Source: Octopus vulgaris (Eukaryota). Taken from it: DNA of 64,000 bases. The stretch is from positions 32,674,001-32,738,000 of the forward strand of contig OX597819.1 in the NCBI GenBank assembly GCA_951406725.2, in the 5' to 3' direction. The translations under genes and the position numbers were made by a program. Shown here one piece after another: positions 26,113 to 39,250 of the stretch. Position 1 is the first letter of the stretch; the number at the start of each line of letters is the position of its first letter. The notes beneath the pieces were generated by a model. It was not told the DNA's origin, made no database searches, and saw nothing but the letters and a program-made list of their open reading frames with translations.

Positions 26113-26425
26113 GGGAAGCACTCCGTCGGTTACGACGACGAGGGTTCCGGTTGATCCGATCAACGGAACAGCCTGCTCGTGAAATTAACGTGTAAGTGGC
26201 TGAGCACTCCACAGACACGTGTACCCTTAACGTAGTTCTCGGGAATATTCAGCGTGACACAGAGAGTGACAAGGCCGGCCCTTTGAAATACAGGTACAAC
26301 AGAAACAGGAAGTACTTTTAGGTCTTTTCGCTCAATAAACACTCACAACGCCCGGTCTGGGAATCGAAACCGCGATCCTACGACTGCGAGTCCGCTGCCC
26401 TAACCACTGGGCCATTGCGCCTCCA
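26113..26425 (-). mobile_element. tRNA-derived SINE with 13-bp TSD
   Basis: TSD CTCGAAAAGCACT at 26100-26112 and 26426-26438; reverse complement head GGCGCAATGGCCCAGTGGTTAGGGCAGCGGAC..GGTTTCGATTCCC (A/B boxes). Confidence 0.9.
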
Positions 26426-26908
26426 CTCGAAAAGCACTATGTATTATGGGTATACCAAATTTCAAACGAATACACAAATTAGAGAATCACCCTCACCCGC
26501 ACTCGATAATGCCAAACACAATGGAGAGTAAAATGTGCAGCTTAATCAATGTTACAAGTGTGATTCTCAAAGAGCGCTAGAGAAAAAAAATGAAAAATAC
26601 CAAGACAACTAATGCAATTTTTCGAAGAATTTGGGATAGCCGTAAAGTTATCATTAAGAGAACTGCAATGGAGGCCTTAGGAATTAGTTGCAAGAGGAGA
26701 TTAAATGGTTGGTTAAGGATGTTGGATATCAAGGTGAATTTCCTGATTCAACAGAAAGCTTGTGTAGTTGTTACTGCAAGGGTCATAACAAAGGTGCTAT
26801 GCACCTAAGGTTGCGTGAAGTAATCCTATACCGGTAGAACAGTAACGAAATATATACATATGAATATAAATAAATAAATATATATACATATATATATATA
26901 TATACATA

Positions 26909-27011
<103 letters not shown>

Positions 27012-27299
27012 GGTAAAAATAAGAAAAAAAACAAAAGCAACATAGATCGAAGAAACCATCAGTCACAGAAAGCCATAATCTGCTGTAAAGATGTGTGTTT
27101 TTACTTAAAATTTATCTGTTTTTCTATAACAGTCTGCTTTGGTAAGGAAGTGTAGTGTTGTACTGTTATTTTACAGGGCTTTCACGATTGCTTGGAGGAA
27201 GTGAGAAAAGTTATTCCCACACCGGAAACCTGGACAGAATGAATACAACCGAATGAACCTCCGCTAAAGGGCACCAAAGAGTGACATCTTGATGGTTTT

Positions 27300-27301
<2 letters not shown>

Positions 27302-27338
<37 letters not shown>

Positions 27339-28163
27339 GGTAGGCATGTATACATGTATGCATGAATGCATGCTTGCATGTATGTATATATATTTATTGA
27401 TTCATTTATAAATATATGCGTATATGCATGCATGTTGAATACATGTACAAATATGTGTGTGTGTGTCTGCATGCTTGTAAGTACAAGAATATATATATAC
27501 ATGTATACATACATATATAAATATATATAGATATATACATATACATAAGTATATATACTTATATACATGCATATGCATAGATAGATACATATATATGTGC
27601 AAATACACATATACATACATGTGTGCACAGACACACACACACACACACATATGCATACACGCGCACGTGCATACTTACATATATATATGTGTGTGTGTAT
27701 ATGTGTGTGTGTCTTCATGTAGATATATATGCACGTATGTATACACACATACATTTATAAATGGATGAATGAATGAATTTTCCTAGTCCATACAAGAAGA
27801 TACAGTAATAATTCTTATTCATCTGATATCATTTATGTTCTTCACGCCAGCCCACTTTATCGACAGCCTTCTTAAATCTCTCCAATACAAACACTTAACA
27901 TAAATACAAGAACTCACCGTGACTACCATAAACTCGTAAGAATACATACATACATACATACATACTTACATGCATGCATACATATAGGCATGGCTAAATA
28001 TATACGAGCGCAAGCGGTGGCAAAAACATACTCAGAAAATTATATCCATGCATGTACGCATTACTTATGAACGCAGAACACGCACACAGGTGTGTGCGTG
28101 TGTGTGTGTGCATGTGTTGTGTGTATGTGTATGTGTATGTGAGTGTGTGTGTTTACATACATG

Positions 28164-28209
<46 letters not shown>

Positions 28210-28346
28210 TGTGTATGTGTAGTGTATGTGTGTCAGTGTGTTTTCGTGTGAATATACTCACATACAAATATATGTATATACACGCACACACACATATGCA
28301 AACATACGATGCATGTGTATACATATATATATATATAAATACATAC

Positions 28347-28380
<34 letters not shown>

Positions 28381-28615
28381 TTGTGTGTATGTATATAAAT
28401 ATATACACATACACATATATGCGAGTGTATATATTTTTATATTTATATTTCTATATTTGTATATACATGTATACATAGACATACATACATACATAATGCA
28501 TATATGTATATATATATATATGTATGTGTATGTATGTATACATGTATATACAAATATATAAATATAAATATAAAAATATATACACTCGCATATATGAGTA
28601 TGTGTATATATATAT

Positions 28616-28683
<68 letters not shown>

Positions 28684-29110
28684 ATGTATATATATATATA
28701 TATATATATATACACGTTCACACACATGCACTCGTAGACATACCCAATGAAAAAATTAACGCATGCATAAAAATATAAAAATATGTTTAAGCGTTAAGTG
28801 TATTTCTGTATTTCTGCATACACATACACGTACAATAACACAAGCATATACATACGTACATTCGTACATACATACATACATACATGCATACATACATACA
28901 TACATACATACATACATACATAAATACATACTTACATACTTGCATACATACATACATAAATACATACATACATACATACATACATACATACATACATACA
29001 TACATACATACATACATACGTACGTACGTACGTACGTACGTACGTAAGTACGTACGGACGTGCATACATATATACAAGTGTGCGTGTTTTGTATGTGTGT
29101 ATGCATTTAT
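27302..29110. repeat. Degenerate (TA)/(TACA)/(TG)/(TACG) microsatellite field
   Basis: Directly visible; includes an inverted repeat at about 28413-28597. Confidence 0.9.
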
Positions 29111-29539
29111 CTATTAATGTGTATGTACGCGGGTACAAAACTGATTGTGCTTGTGTAAGTGTGCACGCGCGTGCCTTCTATCGATCAGGCATTCCTCAAA
29201 AATGGGATAAAATGAATCCCTTAAACATCAACTACTTCATCTTTATTCGCCGCCATATTTTCCTCTTTCTGTTTCACCCTCCATCTTTTTTTGTTTTTTT
29301 ACTCTTATCAACTACCTTTCTCTCCACTCTCTCTGTTTCTCAGTTTCTCATTTTGTGTTTCGTTTCCAGTTTACTCATTTCTAAAACGCATACGTACAAA
29401 TCTGCCATGAAAATATAAATAAAACAAATAGAGAAAGGAATAAGTTGGGGAAAAATCGGGAATGCAAATATCAAAAATGGCCGCCAGGAAAGCAAGTAAT
29501 CATGTTAGTAGAATGAGATCACGAATAACAACGAAGTCG

Positions 29540-31282
29540 ACGGTGATAAAATGTTGTTGACTGTACTGGTGATGGTGGTGTTGGCGTTTGTGGTGGTGGT
29601 GGTGGTGGTAGTGGTGATGGTTGTGGTGGTGGAGTTTGTGATGGTTGTGGTGGTGACAATGTTGTTGTTGGTGGTAGTGCTGGTGTTGGTGTTTGTGATA
29701 GTGGTAGTGTTAGTGGTGGTGGCTGTGTTGGTAGTATTGGTGATGGTGGTGGAGATTTTGGTGGTGGCGATGTTTGTGGTAGTATGTGTGGTAGTATGTG
29801 TGGTGTCATTGATGCATTGGTTGTGGTGCTGGTGTTGGTGTTTGTAGTAGTGTTTATGGTGGTGGCTGTGGTGGGGATTTTGGTGGTGGCGATGTTTGTG
29901 GTAGTATGTGTGGTGTCATTGATGCAGTGGTTTTGGTGGTGGTGGTGGTGGTGGTGTTAGGTTGTGAAGTCCATATGGTGTTGGCTGTGGAGCGAGATGT
30001 CAGGGTGTGAGGGAAGCGTAGCGATGCTAGTGGTAGTGTTAGTGGTGGGGCTGTTGTTGGTAGTGGCAATGGTTTCTAAAACTGCTGTCTAAAAATCAGA
30101 TGACGACGACGACGACGATGACGATGATAATGATGACGTCGACGATGATGATGATGATGCTGATGATGGTGGTGAAGACGACAATGACGATGACGACGAT
30201 AATGAGGTTGATGACACTGATGATGATGAGGATGATGATGACAATGATAACAATGATGATGATGATGGTGATGATACAGACGATGACGACGACAAAGTTG
30301 TCGATGACAATGACGATTGTAAGGTTGGCAAATAAGAGACGCATGATGATGTTGATGATGATGATGATGATGATGTTGAATATGATGATGATGGTGACAT
30401 GGCGTATAGTAACGGTAGTAGCGATGGTGGAGGTGGTGGTGGCAGTGGTGGTGAGGGTAGTGATTATTTTAGTATTGACGATGGTGGTAATGGTGATGAT
30501 GTGTTGGTAATGATGACCCTTGTAGTGGTTGTAGTGCCAGTAAAGTGGTCATAATGGTAGATTTGGGTGTGAATGGTTTCGCTGATAGCCATTCACCTGA
30601 CTGTATGTATGTGTATGTATGTGTGTAAGAAGGTGAGACCGTGTTGGCTGCCGCCACGGTGACAATGGTTGCTGAAATGTTGATGGTTACAGTGATATTT
30701 TCGTTGAATTGGTAGTGATAGTGGTGGTGGTGGTGGTGGTGGTGATGATGATGGTTGTTGTTGTGGTTGTTGTGGTGGTGGTGGTTATCGTGGTTATGAT
30801 AGTGGTGGTGATGGCGGCGGTGGTGATGATGGCAGCGATGGTGGTGATGGCGGCGGTGGTGGTGATGGCGGAGGTGGTGGTGATGGCGGCGGTGGTGGTG
30901 ATGGCGGAGGTGGTGGTGATGGCGGCGGTGTTGGTGGTGGTGGTGGCGGCGGCGACGATGGCAGTGGTAGTGGTAGTGGTGCTGGCGGTAATGATGGCGG
31001 TTATAATAGTGGTGGTGATGGTGGTGTTGGTTATGGTACTGGTAGTACTGTTGGGTTATGATGATGGTGGTGATGATGTTAGTGGTGGTAGTTGTGGTGA
31101 TTGCTGTAGCTGTGGTGTTGATGGTGTTGGTGGTAGTGGTTGTGGTGGTGATGGTTGTAGTGGTGGTGGTGTTGGTGGTGGTGGTTGTGGTGGTTGTGGT
31201 GTTGATGTTATTGTTGTTGCTGTTGATGCTGTTCTGATATCAGTGCCAGCATTTGTAACGATGATGGATGATGATGATGTTT
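29540..31282. repeat. (GGT)n/(GAT)n trinucleotide low-complexity region
   Basis: Directly visible; local duplications at about 29750 and 29874, and 18-21 bp units at 30810-30935. Confidence 0.9.
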
Positions 31283-33019
31283 AGCACTAAGTCAGTGTGA
31301 TTGAGGAAAGATATATGAACCAAAACATTCCAAAAATGACCATCCTGTCGTACGTAAAACTATATAATCCAGTGCGTCCATTCCCTGTACAAGACTGTGG
31401 TGTATGAATTGAGGGAGATTTGGCTGCTTTTTTTAAGGCAAACTACTGTGTAAAAGTTACTCCTTTGCCTTATAAATGTTGTCTTGTTTTTATTGTTCTT
31501 TTATCATTTCTTGTTGTTATTGTTATAGTTTCTTGTTGATGTGGTGGTGGTGGTGGTCGTCGTCGTCGTCCTCGCCGTCATCGTTGTAGTGATGATGGTG
31601 GTGATGGTGTTGGTGTTGGTGGTGATACTTAGTTCGTTTAACACAATCAATGGTCCCTATCAGATCCTGTAACAACACCCTGGAGTGTTGTAAATAACTT
31701 CCTTTGGAAATGTCTTTTGAAAGAACATTGTTCGTGTGTGAGAAGAAAAAGGTGTTCGCATGCGTGCATGCAGTGTATCTGTACATGTGTGTGTGTATGT
31801 GTGTGTCTGCGTGCGTGCGTGCGTGTGTGTGTGTACACATCCATTTGTGTTTGTATGTATGTATTTATTTAGACTTGTGTGTATGTATGTGAGTGTACAA
31901 ATCTATATATGTTTGTATGTATTTGTTTAGACTTGTGTGTATGTATGTGAGTGTGTGTGTGAATATGTGGCTTTTGTGTGTGTGTTTGTGCGCGTGTGTG
32001 TATGTGAGGGCAAATCCAGTTGTATTTTTATGTATTTGTTTACACTTGTGTGTATGTGTGTGAGTGTGTGTGTGTGTGTATGCAAATCCATTTGTGTTTG
32101 TATTATCTATTTAGACATATGTGTATGTGTGACTCTGTGTGTGTGTTTGTGTACGAATCCATTTGTAGTTTTATGTATTTATTTATTTGTGTATGGACGT
32201 ACATATGTGTATGTGTGCATATGGGTGTACGTGCATGAAGTACGAGTATCGCTGATTCTTCTTTTGTGTAAGTAACAAAACAACGATTTGCAAGAAATAT
32301 AAAACTTGTGTGTGTGTGTTTGTGTTTATGTATGTGTGTAAAAGTGCGTATATATATATATGTGTGTGTGTGTGTGTACAAGTGCGTATATATATATATA
32401 TATATATATGCGTGTGTGTGTGTGTGTGTGTGTGCGATGTAATGCATCAACTGCGGTAGTACTTGAAACCCGCGTGCTTGCTGTTCACGGTCACTGACAA
32501 CCTCATCTGATAAACTAGGAGCCTTCTCCGTCAATATACCACGTCTCACTCGCCAAGACTTCTAGGTTTTTCTACGAACATATACAGTAACTGGCTGCTT
32601 TGAGGTTCCAGAGTAATTTGGCAGAAGTTCTCGAAGGAACAATGAATTCTAGAGACAACATGCTGGTCAAGACTGGTGGATATGCCCGAGCTCTCATCAA
32701 TCATGAAGCGCAGCCTGTTACGCTTTATACAACCGTTAGATGCTGATGGTCGATGAGAACTAAATATTAAGTTGATTTACATTCATCAGCGCCCCACCAA
32801 GACCAGACATACACTGAAACCTTTATAGTTTGTAATTTACAAACTGGAGCATGTTCGAAAAAGATCTTAGAGGTTTCGTAAAAAGCTTATACGCTTCCGC
32901 ACAACACTGTCACCGTGACATATGGCAGCGTGTTTGCTAGCGCTTTGTCTAAAATCTTTACCCTTGTAATTATCTGAATCACCTCCCTTCTCTTAAATCA
33001 GGTAACTGTAAATACTTCT

Positions 33020-33315
33020 CATCATCATCATTGTTCGACCGTGGTCGAGACAATGGAATTTACCATGCTACGCCAGACTTCACGGTCCATCATAGCATTA
33101 CGGAAGTCCTGATGCTGGATGCCTGTATCCCTGGAGATTACATCAGGGTAGGAGAGTGTGCGCCCTCTGGTATCGCGAGTAGATGGCTTCCAGAGGAGAA
33201 GAGGAGAAATTGCTTCGTTTTTCAGCTCTACAACAATGTCCAGCAAACTGGACTCTCCTACCTTTCACAAGAGATGACACAGGTGGTAGTTTCCCATATA
33301 TTTGCATATATAGGA
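33020..33315 (-). mobile_element. RTE-clade LINE 3' end
   Basis: ISPLLLWKP..RGRTLSYPDVISRDTG..AMMDREVWRSMV followed by a (TGA)n tail. Confidence 0.8.
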
Positions 33316-34240
33316 AATACTTCTAGTTTATTGTCAGACCTTGTCTGCAGAAATGAAGACGAAGAAGAATGACATATTGAAATATAGCCTATAGAAAAAT
33401 GAAAAAATAAAAAATAAAAATAAAACATTCCTATACTAGCGATTTATTTTTTTGTTCAGTCTCTTCGTACACTCTGTGACAACTTCGCAGCAAAGGGCTT
33501 CAGTAAATCATTTAAGTAGGCTTCAAAGTGACCCCTTCACCAAAGTGTTTATCAAAACCGCATGCACGTTTAGCTTCAACTACCCCATCCCACCGAACAG
33601 CTTACAAACTTTCGTTCCATACACTATTAAGAACATCACGGTTTTGGTGTTTAGTGTAAAAATCCATTGTCACATCCAGCATGTCGCCTGTGATATCTTT
33701 TCTCACTCACTAACTTACTGTTTAATCCGAAACTATATATTCTATCACTAAGTGCTTACTAAATCTAAATGCTTCTCTTCTACTTTCTCCGGTTCCATTA
33801 ATCCCGGATAACTCATTCGATCCCTCTGTGTAAGCACCCCGTGTCGGAATCACGCATTAAGCAATATCTTGATAACTTATGTTAACCATACAAGACAAAA
33901 TAAAATTGATGTATGTTGTCAACTACTCAAATGCAATGAAAACCTCTCTAAAAAAAAACCTGGAGTTTTCCCAAATCCATATAAATAAATACATTCTTGT
34001 TAGACAATTATCAGGACCAGGAAAGAGATGAACAAATTTGAGGAACTTTTAAACAATCCTTCTTAACTGCTATTTCCACATAACGCTAGAGTGCCTCAAG
34101 GATAGCTAAAACGTAAAAAGAAACTAGTTTACTGTTCAGTTTTGACATTGAAAATATGTATATCCATTCTTTGCCGTGGGTATTGATGTTAAACATTAGT
34201 ATTACAAGTTGAGTCTGTTCGAATTTGAGTTCAGAATCGT

Positions 34241-34779
34241 GGTATACTATATAAAATACGGTAAATAAACTAGTTTGGCGCTCTTTTCTGTTGGCCAGTT
34301 ATTCAGTCTTGCATAAGGTACAATGATACAAAAGTATCAGACAAAAGAATTCTCTTGTGTCGTGTTTAAAAAATCTCCAGTGACATTACCAAGGTTAATT
34401 TCTTGTAACAAGTAACCGAAACCGGAGCTGCATAATCTTCAACATGGAATTCCTTTCATCCTTTCGGGGTCGATAAATTAAGTACCAGTTACGCACTGGG
34501 GTCGATGTAATCGACTTAATACCTAGGTCTGTCCTTGTTTGTCCCTTCTATGTTTAGCCCCTTGAAATAGGTATACTATATAAAATACGGTACATAAACT
34601 AGTTTGGCGCTCTTTTCTGTTGGCCAGTTATTCAGTCTTGCATAAGGTACAACGATACAAAAGTATCAGACAAAAGAATCCTCTTGTGTCGTGTTTAAAA
34701 AATCTCCAGTGACATTACCAAGGTTATTTGCTGTAACAAGTAACCGAAACCGGAGCTGCATAATCTTCAACATGGAATT
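34241..34779 (+). mobile_element. 5'-truncated SINE family A fragment (34452-34569) between 210-bp direct repeats
   Basis: 34241-34451 nearly identical to 34570-34779. Confidence 0.85.
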
Positions 34780-35064
34780 AAACTTTTGCTATACGTGCAG
34801 TACTTAACAAGAAAGCTCGAATGATGAAGTATTATTCTGAATGCCACGCTGTGTGTTCGTATTTTACGGGGTTTTTTTTTCAGAGCGGAAATAACTTCCT
34901 CGTGAACGCGATCGTTATTGTTATCTATTGTAGTCAGGCAGAGAAACGAAATGCTGGGAAAAGATGATGTTAGTAAATAGGGGTGTGACAGTAGAAAGAG
35001 CCAGAAAGAGTAGAAAGCAAGAAAGAAATCCATGAGGAAATATACTTAATTATAATGTAGATTT

Positions 35065-35271
35065 TAAATTTTGCCACAAGACCATCAATTTCAGGGGAGG
35101 GGGTAAATCAGTTGCATCAACGCCAGTGCTCGACTGGTACTTATTTTATTGAAACCGAAAGGATGAAAACACAATCAATCTCGGTGGAATTTGAACTCAG
35201 AACGTAAAGACTGACGAAATGCCGCTAAACATTCTTCCCAGCGAGGCTAACAATTCTGCCACTTCGCCGCC
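35065..35271 (-). mobile_element. SINE family A
   Basis: GGAATTTGAACTCAGAACG..CTAACAATTCTGCC..CGCCGCC. Confidence 0.85.
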
Positions 35272-35351
35272 ATATATTTAATCATGTGACCAACACAATA
35301 AGCTACCCGAATCTGAAGGATTTCTTAATATCAATCACGTCTCTAGATCAA

Positions 35352-35409
<58 letters not shown>

Positions 35410-35517
35410 GCTAGCTAGCTAGCTAGCTAGCTAGGTATCTGTCTGTCTGTCTGTCTGTCTGCGTATCTATCTATCTATTTTGTGTATGGGAGATGATGAG
35501 TTCAGCATTATTATTAC

Positions 35518-35566
<49 letters not shown>

Positions 35567-35620
35567 GTGTATTTGTGCATTTTAAATTGATGTAATGATT
35601 GCATTGTTCAATTAAATGGA

Positions 35621-35666
35621 GTTGCATGAATCGATCGTACTGCATTACCTCTGGATATCCTTGTTG

Positions 35667-35740
<74 letters not shown>

Positions 35741-35908
35741 CATGTGACCGACCAGGCTATCAGATGCTGCTACACATCGTTGGTTACAATGCGCTTCGCA
35801 TTGTTTTAGCCTTCAAATGACGCCAACCCGCTGGCTAAACGAGCAGGCCAACAGAAGAAGGAGTACAGCAAGGATTGCCACCACCCCCTATATATATATA
35901 CATATATA

Positions 35909-35944
<36 letters not shown>

Positions 35945-36058
35945 TATATATATATATGTGTAGCAGCATCTGATAGCCTGGTCGGTCACATGACGTGATA
36001 TATATATATAAGCAACAAGGATATCCAGAAGTAATGCAGTACGATCGATTCATGCAAC
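35621..36058. repeat. Inverted duplication (35621-35777 versus 35956-36058)
   Basis: About 90 non-TA bases match with one substitution; the internal TA tract differs in length. Confidence 0.9.
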
Positions 36059-36065
36059 CATTATA

Positions 36066-36485
36066 GATAACTATTATTTTCCAGGAACGCTGCCGTGTTC
36101 TCTTTTAGAGAGACTTAGTAATTTTAATATTTCTATTATTGAAAACAAGTGGATGTATTCCACCGAAACTAGGTAAATAAAACCTTCGAACAGAGATTGT
36201 CAGAAGCGACACCTACTGGTCTGACTACGCTGCATTGAAAAGGGGCAATACCCCGAAACGCGTCTGTAGCTGTCGGTCAATTAGTGTGGAGCGACTGACC
36301 TCCCTTGTTCGAAGGTTATATGGATACAGTTTGTGTATCAAATAGCTAAATTAAGGCGATGGCCTCATGGAGCTAATAAGCGGACAGCTTTATTCTTATT
36401 TAAGAATGCCATATTAGTATGGCGATAACTATCATTTTCCAGGAACGCTGCTGTGTTCTCTTTTAGAGAGACTTAGTAATTTTAA

Positions 36486-36494
<9 letters not shown>
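36066..36494 (+). mobile_element. Retrozyme-like element: 358-bp unit plus 71-bp terminal redundancy
   Basis: Direct repeats 36066-36136 and 36424-36494 (2 mismatches), no ORF, central HHR fold, (TA)n 3' flank. Confidence 0.75.
36221..36276 (+). ncRNA. Minimal type I hammerhead-like ribozyme (variant UUGAAAA core)
   Basis: GCTGCA [TTGAAAA] GGGG-caata-CCCC [GAAA] C-gc-GT-C^ TGTAGC; palindromic ACGCGT stem III; triplet GUC ending at 36264. Confidence 0.7.
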
Positions 36495-36534
<40 letters not shown>

Positions 36535-36894
36535 ATGACATAATATTATTAAGATTTATACGTTAACAACAAAATAAGAAAAAATAACAAAACCTGGAAT
36601 TTACACGAGTCTTACCATTTTAACTAGTTCGAAGTGGGTATTATGTGACTATGTTCCAGTACATTGAAAAAGAACAGCTAAATTCAGTATTGGGAAATAT
36701 ATAAGCTTACACAGTTTTCTACATATAACCCTTCCACTATAGGCACAAGATCTGATATTACGAGGGAGAGGCCTAGCGGATGACATTGACCCCAGAATTT
36801 GTCTGGTACTCATTTTATCGACTCAGAAAGTATGGAAAGCAAAATCGACCTCGATGGAATATGAAGAAAGAACGTTAAAACAGATGAATACCGA

Positions 36895-36925
<31 letters not shown>

Positions 36926-36937
36926 GTTATTATTATT

Positions 36938-37496
36938 GAGTGAGAGAGCAGTTCATGCCATCAAAGTGACACTGGGGTAAAATATACGAAGCCCAATATA
37001 CCCATCATGACTACCCGTCTGATAAGGGCACACCAGGCCCATGCATCACAACCATATGTGCGCGACATGGTGATCTCATATCAAGATAAACAGCACATGA
37101 CCTTGCAGGTGGGGCCCAGTTAGAATATTCTTCAGGTTGAGTAGCCCATCCCGCTCAAAAGGTCCCTGAATTAGGGTTGTTTAAGGATGTTGAAAAAAAC
37201 CACCCATGTTTCCAGAGGTGAATTAATCAAACCCCAAAGAATCCCTCTCAACACATGGCTATGATGCTCCCCCACTACTTCTGCTCGTGATCAGAGATGC
37301 ACATATCGTCAGCCACTAAGGAACATGCTCAACTGGTTAAGGTCAAACAACTGACAAGTAAATCTGTGGTATCGAGCAGAATATTTGCTGTAGCCCATCT
37401 TTTATACGAAGACAAAACAATGTACATGATAACACTTCCAATCAGTTAAGATCAGAAGCCATGAGAGCCACTGCCTGGTACTGCATCAGGGCATTT
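36938..37496. mobile_element. About 560-bp non-coding element inserted in (TAT)n; partial copies at 44390-44545 and 47601-47820
   Basis: Both flanks are (TTA)n; shared motifs GTGATCTCATATCAAGATAAACA and GCTATGATGCTCCCCCACTACT. Confidence 0.8.
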
Positions 37497-37516
37497 ATTA
37501 TTATTATTATTATTAA

Positions 37517-37581
<65 letters not shown>

Positions 37582-38645
37582 CTTTTTTTAAAAAGACTTT
37601 GGTAGATTTCTACTCAACTCAGTTTTTCATTCCGCTTTCGATTTCCAGTGCAAGTCATTTTACTTTATTTACAAACATTAATGTCACAAGAAAGAAAAAT
37701 GAATATAGCCATATTAGCATTACGGTACTCATCCTCTACAAACTGGAGGTCTTCCGACTAGTCGAAGGAGATCAATAATGTTTCTTCACCACAACGTACA
37801 GTAAATGGGACGGTAGATATGTTATTATCGATTGTGTGTGTTTTATTTATACACACATGTGCAGTTATCAATGTGTTTTCATAAAGATAAGCTAACAGCA
37901 ATATATACGTTGCCAAATAAACGGAATAGTTATTATTGGGGGCTTTGGGAAATAAATGACCTTTTCAAACTACGCGGGTGTTCTTGTTTTAAATGAAATA
38001 AACCAATATTGTTTAATGGATTCCATCATGGAAACAGCATGGATGACATAGACAATTCCAAGTTTATCTTGATTATCTCATATGACTCAGGTTCTGTAAA
38101 CCCAGGCACATTTTACTTCCGTTTCCAGATAAAATTTGAGGTAGTATTCTAGGCTGCCCGGTACATGATTATTACTGGTTTATTCTGATTAAAGACTAAC
38201 ACACAAAGTAGACATCGAAGGTACTTAAGATTAATATAGGGGTCTGGAAGTAAATAGTAGCCTTAACAGAACGTAGACTTAAATTTTTAAGTCGAGTAAT
38301 ATGCAAGGGGGAAAAATGAATTCCTGATTCCCTGTAGAATATAGATAGTATACTAAATTCCTAAAATTGCTATCGAAATATAACTGAATTAAATCATTTC
38401 GGAATGGCAATTAAGAATTCCCATCAGAAGAATTGCCAGCTGAAGCCTCAACCATTTACTGGCTTGCCAATTGGTTTATCGGATTTTTTAGAGGAAACAA
38501 TTGAAAGTTAAGACTTCCAATTATTTCCTTAATGACCTCATTTAATGAACACCTTCCTACTGCTCTTATTAATGCTGTTGTTTCTTCCGCTGTTGTTGAT
38601 GTTAATTTCAAACGGTTTTCTGGTAAAAAGCTAAATGAAATAACC

Positions 38646-38803
38646 AGGTGTAGACATGGCTGTGTGGTTAGGAAGCTCGCTTTGCAACCACGTGATTTCA
38701 GGCTCTGTCCCACAGCGTGGCATCTTGAAAGGGTGATTTCTCCTAAAGCCCCGAACGTAATAATTCCTTGGTAGATGGAAACTGTGCAGAAGCTATTCGT
38801 GCA
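38646..38803 (+). mobile_element. SINE family B head (diverged)
   Basis: TGGCTGTGTGGTTAGGAAGC..TTGGTAGATGGAAACTG. Confidence 0.75.
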
Positions 38804-38869
38804 TATATATATATATATATATATCGAATTTTCCATATTGACGGTAAACGTAGGATAATTCATTCACCT

Positions 38870-38915
<46 letters not shown>

Positions 38916-38977
38916 CTGTTAAGAGTAGATATTAAACCTTTATCTTAGCCATATATATGTGTGTGTGAGTGTGTGTG

Positions 38978-39032
<55 letters not shown>

Positions 39033-39033
<1 letters not shown>

Positions 39034-39250
39034 CATCAGGGTGTGCTGAAGGGTTCCTGGCTTATTATGAAAGTCCTGATTGGAGGCCCAACCTTCCGCG
39101 TTCTTTTTACAGGACCTAAAAATCCCGAAGTCCTGCTCCAATAAGTGTGTGAATCTGAGAGGAGGATATGTTGAATAAAATCGTAACTAACTGATCCTCC
39201 TGTATTTTCTTTCACTCAAAGCTAAGAACATTTCAGACCGTCTCGTGTAT
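39033..39250 (+). mobile_element. Mariner-derived MITE
   Basis: Degenerate TIRs GGGTGTGCTGAAGGGTTCCTGGCTT / AAGCTAAGAACATTTCAGACCG; internal KCVNLRGGYVE* matches the mariner transposase C-terminus. Confidence 0.7.

Larger units (their letters stand above)
24040..26815 (+). mobile_element. Internally deleted R4/Dong-type LINE with nested insertions
   Basis: Collinear remnants: RIESLRQD..VVIELKERV..IKRHEDR; YRRLITSL..IYSLVEEHSRLPNEKK; EAEGLILAA..CRMCSE; YDHKPKYILE..VLW; RRIWD..ALG..QKACVVVTARVITKVL. Confidence 0.75.

Noticed and set aside
26330-26425. tRNA gene-like A/B boxes (also at 42813 and 55715)
   Set aside because: No complete cloverleaf; they continue into SINE bodies with TSDs or tails.
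29519-31284. Pro/Thr-, Val/Met- or Gly/Cys-rich ORFs
   Set aside because: Trinucleotide low-complexity DNA open in several frames; no splice or domain support.
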